From an uncultured candidate division Zixibacteria bacterium (GTDB lineage Bacteria; Zixibacteria; MSB-5A5; GN15; FEB-12), in NCBI GenBank assembly GCA_963664195.1, contig OY760907.1:1824001-1888000 (forward strand): a DNA stretch of 64,000 bases, written 5' to 3'. Under the pieces are notes generated by a model. That model worked only from the letters and a program-made list of their open reading frames with translations, was not told where the DNA came from and did no database searches. Within the stretch, counting starts at the first letter, position 1. Each line of letters opens with the position of its first letter. Position numbers and translations under genes: made by a program. Below are positions 60,234 to 64,000 of the stretch, piece after piece.

Positions 60234-61208
60234 ATGAAAATAGTTTTCATGGGTACGCCGGAGTTTGCCCGGGTGGCCCTGTCGCATTTATGCGATAGCG
60301 GGCACGAAGTGCTGGCGGTTGTTACCGGCCGTGATAAGCGGGTAGGCCGCAAGCGCAAGCTTATGCCTACGCTCGTGCGTCAGGAAGCCGAACGTCGCGG
60401 ATTGCCGGTGTTAACGCCAAAATCGCTGAAGAGCCAAAAGCTGAGCGACGAGCTGAGTGCACTGCAAGCCGACCTGTTCGTGGTGGCGGCGTTTCGCATT
60501 CTGCCGCCGAGCCTGTACGGATTGCCAAGATTGGGTGCGATCAACATCCATACTTCTCTATTGCCGAAATACCGTGGTGCCGCCCCGATTCATTGGGCGA
60601 TTATCAACGGTGAGGAAGAAACCGGGTTGACCAGCTTTTTCCTAAACGAACAAGTAGATACCGGTGACATGATTCTCCAGGAGAGAACAACTATCACCGA
60701 AAACGATACATATGATACACTTCACGACCGGTTGGCTGATATGGCCGGTCCATTCCTTCTCAAGACCCTGGGGATGATCGACAAAGGGGAGAGCACGCCG
60801 ATTCGGCAGAGTAATGCCGAGGCTACGCGAGCGCCCAAGATTACCCCGTTCGATGCTCTCATCGATTTCGGCATGCCGGCGGCCAAAGTCTGCCAATTTG
60901 TAAGAGGCATGGCCACGAAACCTGGAGCGTACACCTATTTCCGGGGTGCCAAGATCAAGATCCACGCCTGCCTTGTCAGTGACAGGATTGCTGATTCAAA
61001 CATTCGAATCGGCGGAATACTCCCTGACAGGAAGAAACTGCTGGTAGTCTGTGGTCGGACTGAAGACGGTCCCACCGTGGTGGAACTTACCCGCGTCGTG
61101 CCGGCCGGCAAGAAGGAAATGGACGGAATATCATTCAAAAACGGGTTCAGGCCGGAACCGGGTGAAGTGCTTGGACAAATTTCAGAGGGGGTTCAGGAGA
61201 AACCGTGA
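60234..61208 (+). CDS. fmt: Methionyl-tRNA formyltransferase
   Basis: MKIVFMGTPEFA, NIHTSLLPKYRGAAPI and DTGD. Confidence 0.97.
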   Translation: MKIVFMGTPEFARVALSHLCDSGHEVLAVVTGRDKRVGRKRKLMPTLVRQEAERRGLPVLTPKSLKSQKLSDELSALQADLFVVAAFRILPPSLYGLPRLGAINIHTSLLPKYRGAAPIHWAIINGEEETGLTSFFLNEQVDTGDMILQERTTITENDTYDTLHDRLADMAGPFLLKTLGMIDKGESTPIRQSNAEATRAPKITPFDALIDFGMPAAKVCQFVRGMATKPGAYTYFRGAKIKIHACLVSDRIADSNIRIGGILPDRKKLLVVCGRTEDGPTVVELTRVVPAGKKEMDGISFKNGFRPEPGEVLGQISEGVQEKP

Positions 61209-62743
61209 AGAAAGAGATTGTTATTAACTCTACCGAGTATGAGACCCGGATGGCCATCCTTGAGGATGACGAACTGGTCGAACTACAGGTGGAGCGAGCC
61301 GATTCCGACCGCATGGTCGGAGACATCTACAAGGGGAAGATCAAAACGGTCCTTCCCGGAATGCAGGCCGCATTTGTAGATATCGGCATGGAACGCGCCG
61401 CGTATTTGCACTCGTCAGATATCGGCAAGGTCAGTCGGCATCAGTACGATTCGGAGGATGTCGACGAGGAAGAGGCCCCTGCGGAGATTATCCGCAAGAC
61501 ACGACGGGCCGGGATTGAGACGGTACTCAAGAAAAACCAGGAAATCCTGGTTCAGGTCATCAAGGAGCCGATTTCCACCAAAGGTCCGAGGATTGCCTCA
61601 GAGATTTCCCTGCCGGGTCGGTACCTGGTGATGGTCCCTGATGACGATCACGTCCGGGTGTCCAAGAAGATCACCAACTGGGGCGAAAAGAAGCGTCTCA
61701 AGAAACTGATATCACCGCTGCGGCCGGAAGGATTCGGGCTGATTGTCCGCACCGAGGCTGAGGGCAAGTCAGAAGCGGATATCCGCAGCGACATCAAACG
61801 GTTGCTCAAACTATGGAGCAAGTTGAAGCGCAAAGCTGACAAAGTGGCGGCCCCGAATCTGGTTCACAAAGAAGCCGAGATGCTGATTTCGATGATCCGC
61901 GATGTGTTCACCGACGATGTCGATAAAGTTGTCGTGGACGACCGGTCGGATTACAAAAAAGTCATGAGCTATGCCCGCCAGGTCTCCCCGCACTTGAAAG
62001 ATCGGGTTCAGCTCTATAAAGGCGAGATACCGCTGTTCGATCAGTATAAACTGGAACCGGAAATCGATAAAATGTTGGCCCGTAAGGTTTGGATCAAAAA
62101 GGGTGCGTACCTGATTATTGACCAGACTGAGGCTATGGTTACAATCGATGTCAACACCGGTCGGTTTGTCGGTCGGCGCGACCAGGAAGACACGATTTTC
62201 CAGACGAACATCATTTCTGCCCGTGAGATTGCCCGCCAGGTCAGACTCCGCGATATCGGCGGACTCATTGTCTGCGATTTTATTGACATGTACAATCGCG
62301 ACAACCGACGCAAGCTCTACGAGGAATTCCAGTCCGCCTTCAAAAACGATCGTGCCAAGCACGGAATCAACCCTGTGACGGAGTTCGGCCTGGTTGAGAT
62401 GACTCGTGAACGGGTTCGGCCGTCGCATATGCACACGCTTTCTGAGGTCTGTCCGTATTGCGGCGGTGTTGGACGGATTATGTCCAAAGAGAACATCGCG
62501 ACCAAAATCGAGCGTTGGTTCGCCCGGGCGCGGGCGGACCGCAAGTACACCGATTACCATCTGGTGCTATCGCCCGACATCGCTGATGTCATGACCGAAA
62601 ACGGCACTGATCGAATTCAGCGGATCATGAAAGCCTACAAGTGTCGGGTGAATGTGATCCGTGATACGACCGCTATGCAGACTGAGTACCACGTGTACAA
62701 TGCCGGTGACAACACCGACATCACCGAAGCGTACAGCGTCTAG
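61205..62743 (+). CDS. rng: Rne/Rng family ribonuclease (RNase G size)
   Basis: VLPGMQAAFVDIG, VQVIKEP, IDVNTG, RLRDIGGLIVCDFIDM and CPYCGG. Confidence 0.93.
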   Translation: MKKEIVINSTEYETRMAILEDDELVELQVERADSDRMVGDIYKGKIKTVLPGMQAAFVDIGMERAAYLHSSDIGKVSRHQYDSEDVDEEEAPAEIIRKTRRAGIETVLKKNQEILVQVIKEPISTKGPRIASEISLPGRYLVMVPDDDHVRVSKKITNWGEKKRLKKLISPLRPEGFGLIVRTEAEGKSEADIRSDIKRLLKLWSKLKRKADKVAAPNLVHKEAEMLISMIRDVFTDDVDKVVVDDRSDYKKVMSYARQVSPHLKDRVQLYKGEIPLFDQYKLEPEIDKMLARKVWIKKGAYLIIDQTEAMVTIDVNTGRFVGRRDQEDTIFQTNIISAREIARQVRLRDIGGLIVCDFIDMYNRDNRRKLYEEFQSAFKNDRAKHGINPVTEFGLVEMTRERVRPSHMHTLSEVCPYCGGVGRIMSKENIATKIERWFARARADRKYTDYHLVLSPDIADVMTENGTDRIQRIMKAYKCRVNVIRDTTAMQTEYHVYNAGDNTDITEAYSV

Positions 62744-62853
62744 AGGCGACGCAGACAAGTCTTTGACAAGCGCAGTCTCGATTATTGAGCCTGCGCTTTT
62801 CCTTGCCCAGATCGTACTGGTGTTAAGGCATATTACTTGCGATATTAGATATT

Positions 62854-63477
62854 ATGACACAGTCAGAGAAGTTGGAAATCGAAATCAAGCTCCAGTTGGA
62901 ATCCTTTCCGGATTATCTGAAGTTGCTTGGTTATCTCGGGTCGGTCGACGGCGAGAATCATCACGTCAACGGTTTTTTTGATTCCGAGGACAGCCGACTC
63001 AACGATGGCGGTTGGGTGTTGCGCGTGCGCGCAGAAAACGACCGCGGGCTGGTGACGGCGAAGAGTCTCGGTGCACACTCCGGTCTGGCGGTGATCCGCC
63101 AGGAGATAGAGGCGGAGATCAACCGCGGTCTGGCTCTGGAAATTCTCGGGGGGTTCTCCGACGTCATGGATCTCGAGGTCGAGCCGGTGGAGTACATCAA
63201 GAACGAGTTTCCCGATCTGTCGGTGGCCAAACAGGTGTCGTTTGAAAATGATCGTCAGTACAAGAAGTACGCTGTAGACGGTGCCGAGTATATGCTCGAG
63301 ATCGACAAAACAGAATTCGCCGACGGTTCAGTGGACTACGAGCTTGAGGTCGAAGTCGCAGACCGTGAGGCGGTTGACAGCGTCGAGCGACAACTGCGCA
63401 AGGTTTTCGAGTTGCTCGACGTCAATTTCGAGAAGCAAACCCTGAGCAAGTACGAGCGTGCCCTGAGACGGGGGTAG
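62854..63477 (+). CDS. CYTH domain protein
   Basis: EIEIK, LRVR, YELEVE and SKYERAL. Confidence 0.9.
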   Translation: MTQSEKLEIEIKLQLESFPDYLKLLGYLGSVDGENHHVNGFFDSEDSRLNDGGWVLRVRAENDRGLVTAKSLGAHSGLAVIRQEIEAEINRGLALEILGGFSDVMDLEVEPVEYIKNEFPDLSVAKQVSFENDRQYKKYAVDGAEYMLEIDKTEFADGSVDYELEVEVADREAVDSVERQLRKVFELLDVNFEKQTLSKYERALRRG

Positions 63478-63502
63478 AGGGCGGCGGCACATCACGAGTC
63501 TT

Positions 63503-63549
63503 GCAGGGGGCGGGTCAACGCCACGAGTGGCCGTCTTTGAACTTGCCAA
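63503..63549. repeat. REP-like element (family C, inverted copy)
   Basis: GCAGGGGGCGGGTCAACGCCACGAGTGGCCGTCTTTGAACTTGCCAA. Confidence 0.7.
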
Positions 63550-63693
63550 TACAGCACCTTCCCCGGGTGCATTCCGCACACCATACAATATCGCAAGAAA
63601 CTCTCCAGCGCGCGATTTGCGGGAAGCTGTCAAGCGCGGCCGGCGTATCGCGTCGGGGAAACCGCTCAGACCGTCCACACAGGGGGGAAGCCT

Positions 63694-64000
63694 TCAGCGG
63701 TTCTGTTGCAAGGCAGAGTTGCCTGCGGCGACTGGTTCAAGTTTGAAGCGCTCCAATTCTTGAGCTTGGCGATTATTAATCCAAATAGCGATCAAATCAA
63801 ACTGATCTGAGTCGCTGATGCGCACGCATACCAGATAGCCTGCTGATGACTTGTTAACACGAAGTAAATTACGTCTCCCACCGATAGATGCCTTGCTTAC
63901 GTCGGGCACAGGCAAACATGGATAGTAGCCCGCGGCAATCTGAATCATCTTGATAGCGTCACCATGTGTTCTTTTGACAAGGTGGACAAACTTACGAACG
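63694..64000 (-). CDS. Hypothetical protein, 3' part (frame open to the window edge)
   Basis: The reading frame is open from the edge (VRKFVHLVKRTHGDAIKMIQ...) to the stop at 63694. The sequence looks more AT-rich than its neighbours. Confidence 0.4.
   Translation of the reverse strand, partial: VRKFVHLVKRTHGDAIKMIQIAAGYYPCLPVPDVSKASIGGRRNLLRVNKSSAGYLVCVRISDSDQFDLIAIWINNRQAQELERFKLEPVAAGNSALQQNR

Overview
A GC-rich bacterial chromosomal segment. The conserved cysteine-bracketed dockerin-like C-terminal domain on three secreted proteins suggests candidate phylum Zixibacteria (inference). Most of it is housekeeping: coaX, CIRCE-groES-groEL, priA, ispE-spoVG-tRNA-Gln-prs-rplY, acnA, class II fba, gcvT, rpmE-DUF1385-prfA-prmC-nth, sodN and yajC-def-fmt-rng. 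Accessory parts are a cluster of secreted dockerin-tailed proteins, an ECF sigma/anti-sigma module, a Crp/Fnr-ferredoxin module and a chemoreceptor. The most notable unexplained features are: a ~205-nt highly base-paired candidate ncRNA between priA and rplY; a 2-kb single-gene cassette flanked by an exact 43-bp duplication of the groEL terminator; an in-frame TAG splitting what reads as one ~910-aa secreted protein; several families of dispersed GTAG/CTAC-ended REP-like palindromes; a shared ECF-type promoter motif; probable leaderless genes; and frameshift-type lesions in priA and the Crp/Fnr gene. No rRNA, CRISPR array, transposase or integrase was recognised.
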